Below are positions 48,901-58,830 of a stretch of DNA of 64,000 bases, piece after piece. The stretch is from a virus. Its lineage: Duplodnaviria > Caudoviricetes. The notes below the pieces were generated by a model. It did not search any database. It worked only from the letters and a program-made list of their open reading frames with translations, and was not told the DNA's origin. The position numbers and the translations under genes were made by a program. The stretch is from the IMG/VR virus record IMGVR_UViG_3300024229_000651; one strand, given 5' to 3'. Position 1 is the stretch's first letter, and the number at the start of each line of letters is the position of its first letter.

Positions 48901-49679
48901 TACTGCTTTTTCCTTCCGCTAGCCCAGTATCCGGCAATTGCCCCTATACCTGCGCCAGTAGTGCTAGATATTTTGTTTTTAGACACTTTAGGTACAACTT
49001 TACTGCCTACGTATGCTCCAGCTGCTGTTGCTGCAGCTCTTTTTAACTTACTTGGCTCATTGCTAACGGGCGTATCTTTGTAGGCTCGTTCTCTTTTCAT
49101 AGAAATCAAATGATTGAATATTTCTGTAGTTTGTGCTTTTACTGAACGCAAAGACTGTAGAATTTTTGCAACCACATATTGCTTCTGGCTGTATTTTAAA
49201 TTATCCCAGTCTACAACTAAGCGTCTTAGTTGTTTGTATAATGCGTTCTTGATACTTAACTGAGATTCAAGTCTAATTAGAAATGCAGACATTTCACTTT
49301 TTGTAATATCTGTGGTTGCTACTGTACGCATCATTCTGTAATGTCTGCGATTATCAAAACTTAAACTAGCAAGCGACTTTTCAACACTGCCTTTAAACCT
49401 TAAACTTTTGTAGTCTGGGTTCTTAATTGCAAACCCCAACATATATAAATCTGTTGCTGCTGTTCTATAAGCAGCATAAGGTCCGTATTGTGATGTTTTT
49501 TGTGCATAGGCTTTTGCATAATCTCGTTGATCGCCATCTTGCGAGAACATTAATACTGCTAGTGTTTCTAGAAAAAATACGTCTGCAATATTTTGCGCAG
49601 ACATACGGCGAAATCCATCTGTGTTTCTATACAGTCTGCTTTCGCATAAATCCTCAGAATTAACCAGTAAGAGATCCAT
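48900..49679 (-). CDS. Hypothetical protein with C-terminal Gly/Ala-zipper
   Basis: LCESRLYR N-terminus; AAATAAGAYVG and TGAGIGAIAGYW. Confidence 0.65.
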   Translation of the reverse strand: MDLLLVNSEDLCESRLYRNTDGFRRMSAQNIADVFFLETLAVLMFSQDGDQRDYAKAYAQKTSQYGPYAAYRTAATDLYMLGFAIKNPDYKSLRFKGSVEKSLASLSFDNRRHYRMMRTVATTDITKSEMSAFLIRLESQLSIKNALYKQLRRLVVDWDNLKYSQKQYVVAKILQSLRSVKAQTTEIFNHLISMKRERAYKDTPVSNEPSKLKRAAATAAGAYVGSKVVPKVSKNKISSTTGAGIGAIAGYWASGRKKQ

Positions 49680-50974
49680 TATGCTCCAGGCTTCCCGGAG
49701 CCGAAATTCAATCTGCTAAATTCTAATCTATCAACTAACTTTAACGCATTGCCAATCCTGTCAACTGCTACGAAACCTTCCTCGCCAGTAACTTCAAATC
49801 CGTCACCTGTTTCTACAAAAGTTCCTATTTGCCTGATTTGTTCTAACTTTTTAACTATACGAATTTTTGCTTCGATCAACTTTAAATATAAATCGTATAC
49901 TGCAACAATTCCAGGAATGTGCTCTTTGATAAACTTAACACCGCCTACCATTTTTTCAGTTTTAGCATCTTTAGTTTTTTGCATAGAAACTTTGTCTATT
50001 TCTTTCTTCATAAAGTTAACATATTTTTCAACAAAGCCTTGCGCAAATTTAGTAGGCTCATCGAAGTGGCCTTGACGCACTTGATTATTTGCATGAGCTT
50101 TTAGCTGTTGCAAAAAGTCTTTACCGATCAAGTCGTTGCCCTTCTCTAGCCAAGAAAATGTTTCAGAATCAACACTCTTTAGATATGATGCTGCATCTTG
50201 TATTGCTTGCATTGTAGCAGAGCTTTCCTGTGCAGTCATTGTAACAGTGCCGCTAAGATCTTTAATTATCGCATCTCTGTGCCAAACACCATTGGTCTGT
50301 CCTAACACACTGCTGTCGAAGCCAAATTTTGCAGTTGTATCAGCTAGTGTTGGGCCGCCTACGTATTCTGTATGCCAAACTATACCAAAGCCTGCTGAAA
50401 GAATTTGTTTTCCTAAATCACTATCAGCTGGAACAGCATATGTGATAGTGTTGGGCTTGAATACAATATGTTCTGTATTGTCTATAACAACTTTACGTAA
50501 ATCTTCTTGTCCTGCGAATAGCATGTCGCCTTGCGCTACAGTGTCCCAATTTAATCCTTGCAAATATTTTAATGCTAATTTTAATTTAGTACGCAATCCG
50601 CTCGAATCTTTACCCTTGGGATCTGCATGATTAACATCAATATCTTTGTTTGTAAAATTTATTTTAGGTGTTTGCGCAAAAACGCCCTTAGTTCCTACAA
50701 AAAACTTACCTGTTGCAGGATCTTTACCTGCTATAATAGCAGGAGCACCATCCCATTTTGTTGTCATACTGATCGGTGCTTTTGAATTACCTTCCAGCAT
50801 ATCGTGTAAACTGTACAAATATTCTACTGCTTCTTTAGCGCCGGCATACCCTTTATTAAATATGTTGTCTTCTAGGTGCTCAAGGTGCGTGTTTTTACCA
50901 TCCTTGCTTTCTGTAATTACAGATTCAGATAATATGTTAACAACTTTAGGCTTTGATATTTCTATAAACTTCAT
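49679..50974 (-). CDS. KxDG ligase/nucleotidyltransferase-like protein with leader
   Basis: KNTHLEHLED, TTKWDGAPAI, QGDMLF, FKPNTITY, EGFVAVD; N-terminus MKFIEI...LSESVITE. Confidence 0.6.
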   Translation of the reverse strand: MKFIEISKPKVVNILSESVITESKDGKNTHLEHLEDNIFNKGYAGAKEAVEYLYSLHDMLEGNSKAPISMTTKWDGAPAIIAGKDPATGKFFVGTKGVFAQTPKINFTNKDIDVNHADPKGKDSSGLRTKLKLALKYLQGLNWDTVAQGDMLFAGQEDLRKVVIDNTEHIVFKPNTITYAVPADSDLGKQILSAGFGIVWHTEYVGGPTLADTTAKFGFDSSVLGQTNGVWHRDAIIKDLSGTVTMTAQESSATMQAIQDAASYLKSVDSETFSWLEKGNDLIGKDFLQQLKAHANNQVRQGHFDEPTKFAQGFVEKYVNFMKKEIDKVSMQKTKDAKTEKMVGGVKFIKEHIPGIVAVYDLYLKLIEAKIRIVKKLEQIRQIGTFVETGDGFEVTGEEGFVAVDRIGNALKLVDRLEFSRLNFGSGKPGA

Positions 50975-52332
50975 TATATTCCCGCAAGTAACTTCATTTC
51001 ATAAATCTTAATTTCTTTTACTGGTATAAGCATTACATGACTAGTCACGCTCTCTGATACAAGAATTTCAAACCCTACATCTTCCCACGTAAACCCTGCG
51101 GCCTCTAATACTTTGCACATATGCTGATATGCTTCTTGTCGCATACTTCTTGCAAGTTTAGTGAAATGCGTATATGCCTGGGGGTCACTTTTGGCTAAGC
51201 CGCCTTTCTTCATTACTGGAGCAGCTGCTTGTATAAATTTATCTGCATCGTATCCTTTGGTTTTTAAATTACTTAATTTACCAACAAGTGCTTTTGCAGC
51301 TGCTAAATCACCTTGCAATGTCTTGGATTGTAGCATTTTAATTTCTGATGCAGTGGGACCTGGAACTGGCTTAGGGCCTTTAGGCTGTGCTGGTGCATCC
51401 GCAGCTGGTTGGTCAGTTGCTGGTTGGTCAGTTGCTGGTGCATCTGCGGCAGGTTGTTCTCCACCTTTACCTAACGCAGACATAGCTCGGCCGATACCAG
51501 CTCCCACTGTTGCGCCAGCTTTCTTTATAGTGCCAGCATCTGGATCTGATCTTGTTGCTGTAGCAAGTGGTCCGCCGATAGCATCTGCGCCTGCTTTTTT
51601 AATTTTGTCAATACCTTGTCTAATTTTTCCGCCTAGACTATCATCCGGTGCTTGTATAACACCTGTTTTAGGATCAGGTGTTCCAGCGGCTTTATCCAAC
51701 GATTTAGACATTCTACTGTTAGGATTTTCAGCACTCGCATTTGGATCAACAACACCCTTTTGATCTGACGGCATCCAACCTTGATCATTTCGTACAAAAT
51801 GCTTACCTTGAGGCGTCTTAACAATAGCGCCAGGTATCTTACTTGGGTCTTTAGACGCTGGAGCGGCTTGTGCAGGTGCTGCTTGTGGAGCGGCTTGTGC
51901 TGGTGCTGCTTGTGCTGGTGCTGCTTGTGCAGGTGCTGCTTGTGCAGGTGCTGCTTGTGCAGGTGCTGCTTGTGCAGGTGCTGCTTGTGCAGGTGCTGCT
52001 TGCCCTGCCTTCTTAGCGGCTATTGCTGCCTTCTTTGCCTGTATGGCTGCTGATCCGCCGGCTAGTGCATCCTGTGGTTGGGCTGTACTGTTTCCTTTTA
52101 CTTGGGATCTTAAGGCCGGGTCTGTTAAAATATTGCCTTTCTTGCCGGCGGCTGTTTGTTTTACAGGAGCAACTTTAGGTTGCTTAGGCTGTGCCGGTGC
52201 TGCTTTTTTCTTTTTATTAAAAATAGCATCGTAATTGCTACTAAAGTTTTTCTGTGCTTTTGCAGACTGATCTCCACGTAATGCGCCTGGTTTTCCGGGG
52301 ACGGGTGCTTCTTCTATTTGTTCAAGTCTCAT
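50974..52332 (-). CDS. Low-complexity leader-tagged protein with QAAPA repeats
   Basis: MRLEQIEE; ten QAAP(A) units; C-terminal MKLLAGI. Confidence 0.7.
   Translation of the reverse strand: MRLEQIEEAPVPGKPGALRGDQSAKAQKNFSSNYDAIFNKKKKAAPAQPKQPKVAPVKQTAAGKKGNILTDPALRSQVKGNSTAQPQDALAGGSAAIQAKKAAIAAKKAGQAAPAQAAPAQAAPAQAAPAQAAPAQAAPAQAAPAQAAPQAAPAQAAPASKDPSKIPGAIVKTPQGKHFVRNDQGWMPSDQKGVVDPNASAENPNSRMSKSLDKAAGTPDPKTGVIQAPDDSLGGKIRQGIDKIKKAGADAIGGPLATATRSDPDAGTIKKAGATVGAGIGRAMSALGKGGEQPAADAPATDQPATDQPAADAPAQPKGPKPVPGPTASEIKMLQSKTLQGDLAAAKALVGKLSNLKTKGYDADKFIQAAAPVMKKGGLAKSDPQAYTHFTKLARSMRQEAYQHMCKVLEAAGFTWEDVGFEILVSESVTSHVMLIPVKEIKIYEMKLLAGI
51856..52002 (-). repeat. 15-bp coding tandem repeat, ten units (one 12 bp)
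   Basis: (TGCAGGTGCTGCTTG)n on the plus strand, encoding QAAPA. Confidence 0.95.
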
Positions 52333-52594
52333 CTTTATTACTCTCCAACGTAACTTTTTTTAGTCCTCGAGAAAATTTAGCAGAATCACCTGATTTTAAA
52401 CTATTCATCAGTCGCTTTTCCAAATCTGCGGCTGTATCATCTTCATACAAATCGGATAACATTGATCTTATATTGTTCACTGTACTCACTAGATGCTGAA
52501 CTCTATTTTCTAAAATGTGGTTTTTATCTCTATCCACACTAATAGAGTTAAGCTCTTCAAGTATACTACGTGATCGTTTATCAGTCATTCTCAA
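52322..52594 (-). CDS. Hypothetical protein
   Basis: RSRSILEELNSI...; late promoter at 52613-52619. Confidence 0.65.
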   Translation of the reverse strand: MRMTDKRSRSILEELNSISVDRDKNHILENRVQHLVSTVNNIRSMLSDLYEDDTAADLEKRLMNSLKSGDSAKFSRGLKKVTLESNKDET

Positions 52595-52651
52595 AAGTCC
52601 TAATCTTTCTTATATTTATCAAAATATTTAAAATTTATTTAAGTAAGAATG

Positions 52652-54025
52652 CTAGAAATCATTCTTCTTCATAAACTCACGCATGTTAAGTGCTGTACTC
52701 ACTGTATCCTGCGCTTCAGGTTCTTGCGCAGAAATACTACTATTTCGTTTTAATTGATCTACTAGGCTACTTGTGGTAACAGTCATTGCATCGTCGTCGT
52801 CGTCATCTAAATCTTCAATACGTAATGTGTCAGGATTAAATTTTAAATCCACTTTACTACCGACACCACTACTGCTACGTGTTTTCATAAACTGTATTTG
52901 ATATCTACCACGTTCTCTCATAGCATTACTTGTAAATATACCTACAACATTATCTGCTGTTTGTATTTTACTAATGCCGCCTGCAATATGACTATGATCG
53001 AACTCAATCTCTTCTACAGCACTCCTGCCTAACTGCGATGCTGTTACTAATAATATATCTCGTTCAGAAGCCAAATTGCGTAATTCTTCGGATACATACT
53101 TGTCTTTCACGTATAGATTTTCAGGTGATATCTTAGCACTGATAGGCATCATCAAATCTAAGTAATCCACTAACACTGCATCCACTTTTATATCACTGTT
53201 AATCTCGTATTCTCGAATAAATGCTCTAATATCATTTGTATTAATTCCACTAGGCATTTGTTTTACTCTAAACTTTCCTGCGCCTTTGCCTTTCATTCGG
53301 ACTTTTAAGTCTACATCATCCATATTTTTCATAATTTCTCTGGCGCCGTAACCACTAACCATACTGTCCAGTCTCATACTAATAAGTGGCTCACTAAGTT
53401 CTAAACTTATGTATACAACATTAAGTCCAGCTAAACTCCAATTAACACCAAAGTTCTGTAAAAACAAACTTTTGCCTGCGCCCGATCCTCCTGCGAATAT
53501 TGTTATTTCGCCTCTGTTCAGGCCACCGTATAATTTTCGATCAATGCCTTGCCAACCTGTGCTAACTGCACCTGATTGACTTTTGATATACTGCAATCTT
53601 TCCTTAGGATTTTCAAAATACTCTAAACCTAAATCTTTGACTAGTCCAACTTGTACAGCCTCTTTAATTTTAGTTTCTACTGTACCGTAATCTTGGTTCT
53701 CTAAGAGATCTGTACTTTCAAGAATTGCTTTTTCTAGTGCTTTATGTCTACAAAACTGTTCGAAGTTATCTAGGAACCATTCTATATGATTTTCATTGAT
53801 TCCTTCAATACGTTCTAGTTCCACTCCGGTCTTTGCAGTTATTTGATCAATGGTAGGAATACTATTGTATTCGTTAGCATGATCTTGTAAAAATCCAACA
53901 GTTTCCCTAAAGCGTCTATTAAACATCTCCGGTTGCACTATATTACTTACACGTATAAACAACTCAGGATCTGTTACTAAAAACTTTAAATATAACTCTT
54001 GTATTTCTTCTGTGTATTCCTGCAT
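52652..54025 (-). CDS. dnaB: Replicative DNA helicase (T4 gp41/DnaB-like)
   Basis: GGSGAGKS, YISLELSE, VLVDYLDLM, TASQLGR, FMKTRSS. Confidence 0.95.
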   Translation of the reverse strand: MQEYTEEIQELYLKFLVTDPELFIRVSNIVQPEMFNRRFRETVGFLQDHANEYNSIPTIDQITAKTGVELERIEGINENHIEWFLDNFEQFCRHKALEKAILESTDLLENQDYGTVETKIKEAVQVGLVKDLGLEYFENPKERLQYIKSQSGAVSTGWQGIDRKLYGGLNRGEITIFAGGSGAGKSLFLQNFGVNWSLAGLNVVYISLELSEPLISMRLDSMVSGYGAREIMKNMDDVDLKVRMKGKGAGKFRVKQMPSGINTNDIRAFIREYEINSDIKVDAVLVDYLDLMMPISAKISPENLYVKDKYVSEELRNLASERDILLVTASQLGRSAVEEIEFDHSHIAGGISKIQTADNVVGIFTSNAMRERGRYQIQFMKTRSSSGVGSKVDLKFNPDTLRIEDLDDDDDDAMTVTTSSLVDQLKRNSSISAQEPEAQDTVSTALNMREFMKKNDF

Positions 54026-54031
54026 TTTAAA

Positions 54032-54838
54032 CTACTGCCTCTTAGAAAGTATTCTAGTCAATTCTTCTTTAATGTATGATGCTATCAGTTGATTGCCTTC
54101 TTGGTTTGGATGACCGTCTTCAAACCTGTGGTCTACAGATGCCGATGTTAGAGGTTGCGCCCAATTATCTAAATCGACTAACCCCATTAGTATTCTCATA
54201 TAATCCACACTGATCCCAGCAACGTCATTCATCATTTGTAATACATTTGACCCTATTGACATTGACGTAAACAGATAGGGGACTCCTGCATCTTTTAAAT
54301 AATTTTGCAAAAATAGCACTTTTTGTAAATACTCGATCTGCAAATTATTCTTATTCCACGTATATTTTAACATATCGCTTACTGCTAGTAAAGACTTTTG
54401 ATGCATCTTATTATCTTCTATCTTGTTTTGTAAATAAGCGTTGTCTACATGGCTGTCATACAAAAAATTATTGTTTAAAAAACGGGCACCCTCCCTAGTT
54501 TCAAACACGCATTCGCCTGTACAATAATTTATATAGTCTGCCACCAAATCACTATAAAATTCGTGGCGGAATATACTAGAAAATTGTATTACAGCTATCG
54601 TATCGTCAGTACCGTTTTTTTCTAACCATTCCACTGTCTGTCTAATTATTTTATCGTTGCTGTTTCCAGGTAGAGAAATATTATGCAATTCATAATCACT
54701 GGAATCGCTAATAAGGTTGGGCCACAAAAACCCCTCATCCTTAGAAGGACAATGCAAATCTTCTGCTGTTTCGCCGTCTACAATATGCACTAAATCTGCT
54801 CCGGCACTAAAACTGCATCCACTAACTAATAATCTCAT
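54032..54838 (-). CDS. SGNH-like protein
   Basis: VSGCSFSAG, NISLPGNSN, IQFSSIFR, EDGHPN. Confidence 0.6.
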   Translation of the reverse strand: MRLLVSGCSFSAGADLVHIVDGETAEDLHCPSKDEGFLWPNLISDSSDYELHNISLPGNSNDKIIRQTVEWLEKNGTDDTIAVIQFSSIFRHEFYSDLVADYINYCTGECVFETREGARFLNNNFLYDSHVDNAYLQNKIEDNKMHQKSLLAVSDMLKYTWNKNNLQIEYLQKVLFLQNYLKDAGVPYLFTSMSIGSNVLQMMNDVAGISVDYMRILMGLVDLDNWAQPLTSASVDHRFEDGHPNQEGNQLIASYIKEELTRILSKRQ

Positions 54839-55824
54839 AACATCTTTGCCTGTACTTGTGCCTTAATCTTGTTATCTACTGCATACTTAATTATGCTGGA
54901 TAAGGTTAACAACCTACCATATTTTTGTACAGCGTCGGCAGCGTCTTTGATGTCTTTTTCCCATGGAGGAAAACTTACTTCCCATCCTAATTCCAGTGCT
55001 TGCTCTATTAATTGCTTACCTGGTTGATCTCTGTCAGGACACAGTATAACACGCTTACCCAGTTTATCTATTAAATGTGCTTGCTCTGCTGTAACACTGT
55101 TACCTAATACACTTATACTGTCTATTAATACTGCATCTAGCACACCTTCTGTGACTACTACAATTTCACGCTGGGTATCAACGAACTTGTCAATATTAAA
55201 CACATACCCAGGTGGCATATTACTAAGATATTTAGGAGTCTTCTTGTCTAAAGGATTCACATGCCTGGACGTCCAACCAATCAAATTACCGTTATACATG
55301 AACGGCACTACTAATCGCTTGCTGTACTGTAATTTTAATTCAGTATTGTAGCCAAAATACAGTAGCGTTTTACCGAGCAAACCTCTTTCTCTAGCATACT
55401 GCTTAACATCATGGTCATCGGGTAGTAAATCAATTGTAGTTGCATTCTCGGGTAATTCTATAGTTTCAAACTTAGAAGCACTATACACATATTCGCCTGT
55501 GTCCTCTACATCCAATTCCTCACCGTACTTCATCAAATTCATAATTGTATCATGTATTTGTTTGTCCGGGACAGCTAATGCTGATAGTAATTTTTTGTAC
55601 TTTATACCTAATCTAGGACTCGGTGACCATCCTGTAGTGTAATCACAATTGAAGCAATGGTAACTAATCTTAGGTCCTGTTTGTCTGATGCCACCTCGTT
55701 TGCGCTTATCATCGCATATAGGACAATTAAGCGTAATCCAGCCGCTTGGAGTTTTACCGGATTTAATAGGTAAATTATCCAATAACAGTCGATGTACTTG
55801 TTCTACTAAGTCATGGTGTTGCAT
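54835..55824 (-). CDS. DNA primase (T4 gp61-like)
   Basis: CPIC...HCFNC Zn finger; TOPRIM VTEGVLDA, CPDRD, KDAADA. Confidence 0.92.
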   Translation of the reverse strand: MQHHDLVEQVHRLLLDNLPIKSGKTPSGWITLNCPICDDKRKRGGIRQTGPKISYHCFNCDYTTGWSPSPRLGIKYKKLLSALAVPDKQIHDTIMNLMKYGEELDVEDTGEYVYSASKFETIELPENATTIDLLPDDHDVKQYARERGLLGKTLLYFGYNTELKLQYSKRLVVPFMYNGNLIGWTSRHVNPLDKKTPKYLSNMPPGYVFNIDKFVDTQREIVVVTEGVLDAVLIDSISVLGNSVTAEQAHLIDKLGKRVILCPDRDQPGKQLIEQALELGWEVSFPPWEKDIKDAADAVQKYGRLLTLSSIIKYAVDNKIKAQVQAKML

Positions 55825-55830
55825 AAAACA

Positions 55831-55858
55831 ATTATAACACCTTAAGGGAGAAAGTCAA
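55831..55858 (-). promoter_or_regulatory. Sigma70-like promoter for primase/helicase
   Basis: TTGACT-16-TATAAT with extended -10 TGn. Confidence 0.7.
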
Positions 55859-56689
55859 CTAATTTCTAAGAAGTATTTTATCAACGGAGCCTGATGTTTT
55901 CACAAACTCTACACGTATCCAGTTAGTATTAATTGTAAAATTAAAAGGATCGACTCCTGAAAAAGCAGTTGTGTAAGGAATAACACTCTGGCCGAAATCA
56001 CCTTGCGGATTAATGTTATACCAATCGCTTTCCTGTGTAGGTGTAGACTCTAACGCACTGCCCTGAATTTGTATTTTACCAACAAACTCGTTAAGATAGA
56101 ACCCAATCGTGTGTCGACTATGTCTGTAATTCTTAGCCTGGTTTCCATACATAGCACTAGTGACAAATTTGTCTTCGGCATCACCTAATGTAACATTACC
56201 TGTTTGTATAAAAGATACACTTGATTGGCTAGGTAACGGATGATATTCTAACGGACTTTTTATTTCAAACTGTGTAATTACACCTTCATTTTGATTAGCA
56301 TAAAGTGCATACTGTGATTGTCCCGAATCTGCGCTTTTTGATATAGCCATTTTGTAAAAGCCCGGTCTTAGATCAGTTAGATCACCTGTGCTTAAATCTA
56401 AACGTACTTCCCCCACAGAATCAGCTACGTGCGTTAATTGTTTGAACATAACTCGAGTATTTGTATTCGGATCTATGACTGTGATATACAATGTTTCAGA
56501 TGAAACGTCTTGTAATACCCTATCTCTATTCCTAATAAAGAAATTCACTGTGTTAGTAAATCCTTTTTGCACGACTATTGATGTTTGATTCATTGGTTTG
56601 TTATCCACCTTGATTGTATCGCTAGAAAGAACCAAGTCAATTGACTGATTTTCCAACAAATATAAAATTTTGGCATTATTATTTGACAT
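55859..56689 (-). CDS. Probable structural (neck or baseplate-like) protein
   Basis: Beta-rich, FFIRNRDR, KIQIQGS, WIRVEF; late promoter at 56720-56726. Confidence 0.5.
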   Translation of the reverse strand: MSNNNAKILYLLENQSIDLVLSSDTIKVDNKPMNQTSIVVQKGFTNTVNFFIRNRDRVLQDVSSETLYITVIDPNTNTRVMFKQLTHVADSVGEVRLDLSTGDLTDLRPGFYKMAISKSADSGQSQYALYANQNEGVITQFEIKSPLEYHPLPSQSSVSFIQTGNVTLGDAEDKFVTSAMYGNQAKNYRHSRHTIGFYLNEFVGKIQIQGSALESTPTQESDWYNINPQGDFGQSVIPYTTAFSGVDPFNFTINTNWIRVEFVKTSGSVDKILLRN

Positions 56690-56719
56690 ATCATGTTCTC
56701 TGTACCATTCTTTGTATAG

Positions 56720-56742
56720 TATTTATCTCCTGCATATAAATA
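56720..56742. promoter_or_regulatory. Back-to-back late-type promoters
   Basis: ATAAATA minus (56720-56726) and TATAAATA plus (56735-56742), the latter 6 nt before ATG 56749. Confidence 0.7.
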
Positions 56743-56748
56743 TTACTG

Positions 56749-57120
56749 ATGACAAGTAATGATGATTTACAAAAAAAATTCCCTTTCTTAACGTGCATTA
56801 TCTTCAATAACGCAGAATATGTTGGTATAGTTCAGAACAAAGACAATCATATAATAAGTTTTTATGATATAGAGAAGTGTGCAAACAATAAAGAAAAACG
56901 ACTCATGTTAGACCATGGCGACCTATGGTGGTGGGAGAGCAACCGGCTCTTACCGATAGATGTATTTTTATACACTGAGATGAAGTCATTCAAACATACC
57001 TTAAGATCATTTATGGTGAAAGAAGTTGAAGTTGTCTTTGGCCCTGTAACCAGTATGCAGAATATTTTAAAGAAAAGAATCAAGCGCCGCACTGTGCAGC
57101 TAGTTAAAAAAGTAGACTAA
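56749..57120 (+). CDS. Hypothetical protein
   Basis: Only plus-strand gene in this region; EYVGIVQN, WWWESNR. Confidence 0.75.
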   Translation: MTSNDDLQKKFPFLTCIIFNNAEYVGIVQNKDNHIISFYDIEKCANNKEKRLMLDHGDLWWWESNRLLPIDVFLYTEMKSFKHTLRSFMVKEVEVVFGPVTSMQNILKKRIKRRTVQLVKKVD

Positions 57121-57692
57121 GTTAACCCCTCGCAAATCAAGTTTAATTGCACAATAATTGCTGTTGCAAACGCAATTGCATGCGCCTTCTTAAAATAATA
57201 CTCACCACTTACGGGTTTATCCCACACTGTTTTGACAATTTCTTCAAACGACTCGCCTATTAAATGCTTTTTAGCAGGACGTATAATAGCCAATATCATC
57301 GCCAATTGTTCTACATTTACAGGTTTATAGTCTTTAACTATGTGGGCATAGTTGTTAATGTGATATAACTGACTGACAACCTCTGCATGCAGTAGTAGGT
57401 CCCACATAGGCTCAGTATTTAATAGCTTATCTAAATGTGTTTCATCACGAACGGTTTGATAGATAGTGTTATTTAAAAAATCTACTTTGAAATATCCAGC
57501 TTTTTCAGCTTCTTTATGATCTATGGTACTGTAGCCCTTTAAAGGAAAAGTTGGTATAGGCTGGAAATAAACGCCAGTCTTATGCTTCTCAAATTCTGAG
57601 TCACGCTTTATAGCAGCAGGTATATGGTTGATCAAGTTCAAGAACTTGTCTCTATCAGCCATATCGATATCTACATCAAAATTAATCTGCAT
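57117..57692 (-). CDS. Compact DNA polymerase III alpha (DnaE)-like protein, probably part of a split polymerase
   Basis: DVDID, KHKTGVY, GYFKVDFL, LAIIRPA, FKKAHAIAF. Confidence 0.8.
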   Translation of the reverse strand: MQINFDVDIDMADRDKFLNLINHIPAAIKRDSEFEKHKTGVYFQPIPTFPLKGYSTIDHKEAEKAGYFKVDFLNNTIYQTVRDETHLDKLLNTEPMWDLLLHAEVVSQLYHINNYAHIVKDYKPVNVEQLAMILAIIRPAKKHLIGESFEEIVKTVWDKPVSGEYYFKKAHAIAFATAIIVQLNLICEGLT

Positions 57693-58023
57693 TTTTCATC
57701 TTATTAAGCATTTGAACATTTTCAAACAGTGAGCGTAATTCATTGTCTTCGGGTAAGTTATTAATTGTTTCAATTAGTGCATCAAGTAACTTAATTTTTT
57801 GCTCGTCGATTTTTGCACTTCCTACGTATAAAGAGTTATCTAGTTCTATAGTGTCACTAGAAGTGGGACCGGTTAGGATAATATCATCTAGATTCAATGT
57901 ATTCAAATCAAAGGATGTAATAGTATCAGTATACATTGAATCGTGTGTAGAAATACTTAAAGGTGAGTCTACTGTAACAACGTTAAAATCTAACGGGTAA
58001 TATGGGTCATTGGGGTCATGCAT
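57682..58023 (-). CDS. Hypothetical protein
   Basis: 113-aa ORF in operon context. Confidence 0.6.
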   Translation of the reverse strand: MHDPNDPYYPLDFNVVTVDSPLSISTHDSMYTDTITSFDLNTLNLDDIILTGPTSSDTIELDNSLYVGSAKIDEQKIKLLDALIETINNLPEDNELRSLFENVQMLNKMKNAD

Positions 58024-58264
58024 ATAAATTACTCCATTTTATTAATTTCTTTTGCTTCGCTATTTTACGTTCTTCTATATGGTCGTCGGTGACATAGCCG
58101 TGCTGTTTTAGTAATTCTATCATTAGTATAACATCACCGATCTCATCCTGCAAGTTATTTAAGTATTTTGTTTTTCCGTTACTGCGGATAACTTTACTAC
58201 AGGCTTGTATTAATTCGCCGCATTCTTCCATAGTGTTAACTAATAATTCAACTTGTCTTTCCAT
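58016..58264 (-). CDS. MazG-like NTP pyrophosphohydrolase
   Basis: MEECGELIQACSK...DEIGDV; GAGGAG RBS before ATG 58264. Confidence 0.8.
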   Translation of the reverse strand: MERQVELLVNTMEECGELIQACSKVIRSNGKTKYLNNLQDEIGDVILMIELLKQHGYVTDDHIEERKIAKQKKLIKWSNLYA

Positions 58265-58309
58265 ATTATAACTCCTCATATAAAAGGGCGTCCATGCCCT
58301 AGTAATCAA

Positions 58310-58750
58310 TTAAGATTCGCCATCCCAAGGATCGCCGTTATTACATAAGTCTTGCCATGCTGTTTCCTCAAAGGAAGCTACACCAGTAGGTTCATACCAA
58401 TCACATTGATTGTATTGACCATCGCCTGTGACATCACAATCACGGTACCAAATTTGATCATCGAACGTGTAACCATTTTCATGCAACTCATGCGCTTCAC
58501 ACCATTCCTGTGTTCCCTTCGGATTTGGATTTGGTGTGTATGGTGGTGCATCGACCTTTGTAGAAGGCCACAACTTTTTAAATTGTACGGTCTTCTGGTA
58601 AGGATGATAACTGTACAAGTTATCTTGTTGGGTGATAAAGACCTTCTCATCCTCACCAACAGTGTACACTTCACCATTACCATATTCGATAACGGTTTGT
58701 GCACTAGCACTCAAACTAACGAGTGTCAAACATAGTAGTAAATACTTCAT
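58310..58750 (-). CDS. Secreted or periplasmic hypothetical protein
   Basis: Signal peptide MKYLLLCLTLVSLSASA; Cys-rich C-terminus; CAGGAG RBS. Confidence 0.7.
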   Translation of the reverse strand: MKYLLLCLTLVSLSASAQTVIEYGNGEVYTVGEDEKVFITQQDNLYSYHPYQKTVQFKKLWPSTKVDAPPYTPNPNPKGTQEWCEAHELHENGYTFDDQIWYRDCDVTGDGQYNQCDWYEPTGVASFEETAWQDLCNNGDPWDGES

Positions 58751-58830
58751 ATATTGTCTCCTGTGTGTTAATTACCACGACATGCATTCACGTGAACGCA
58801 TGTATCGTAACCCCTACACAGTACTGCAAA

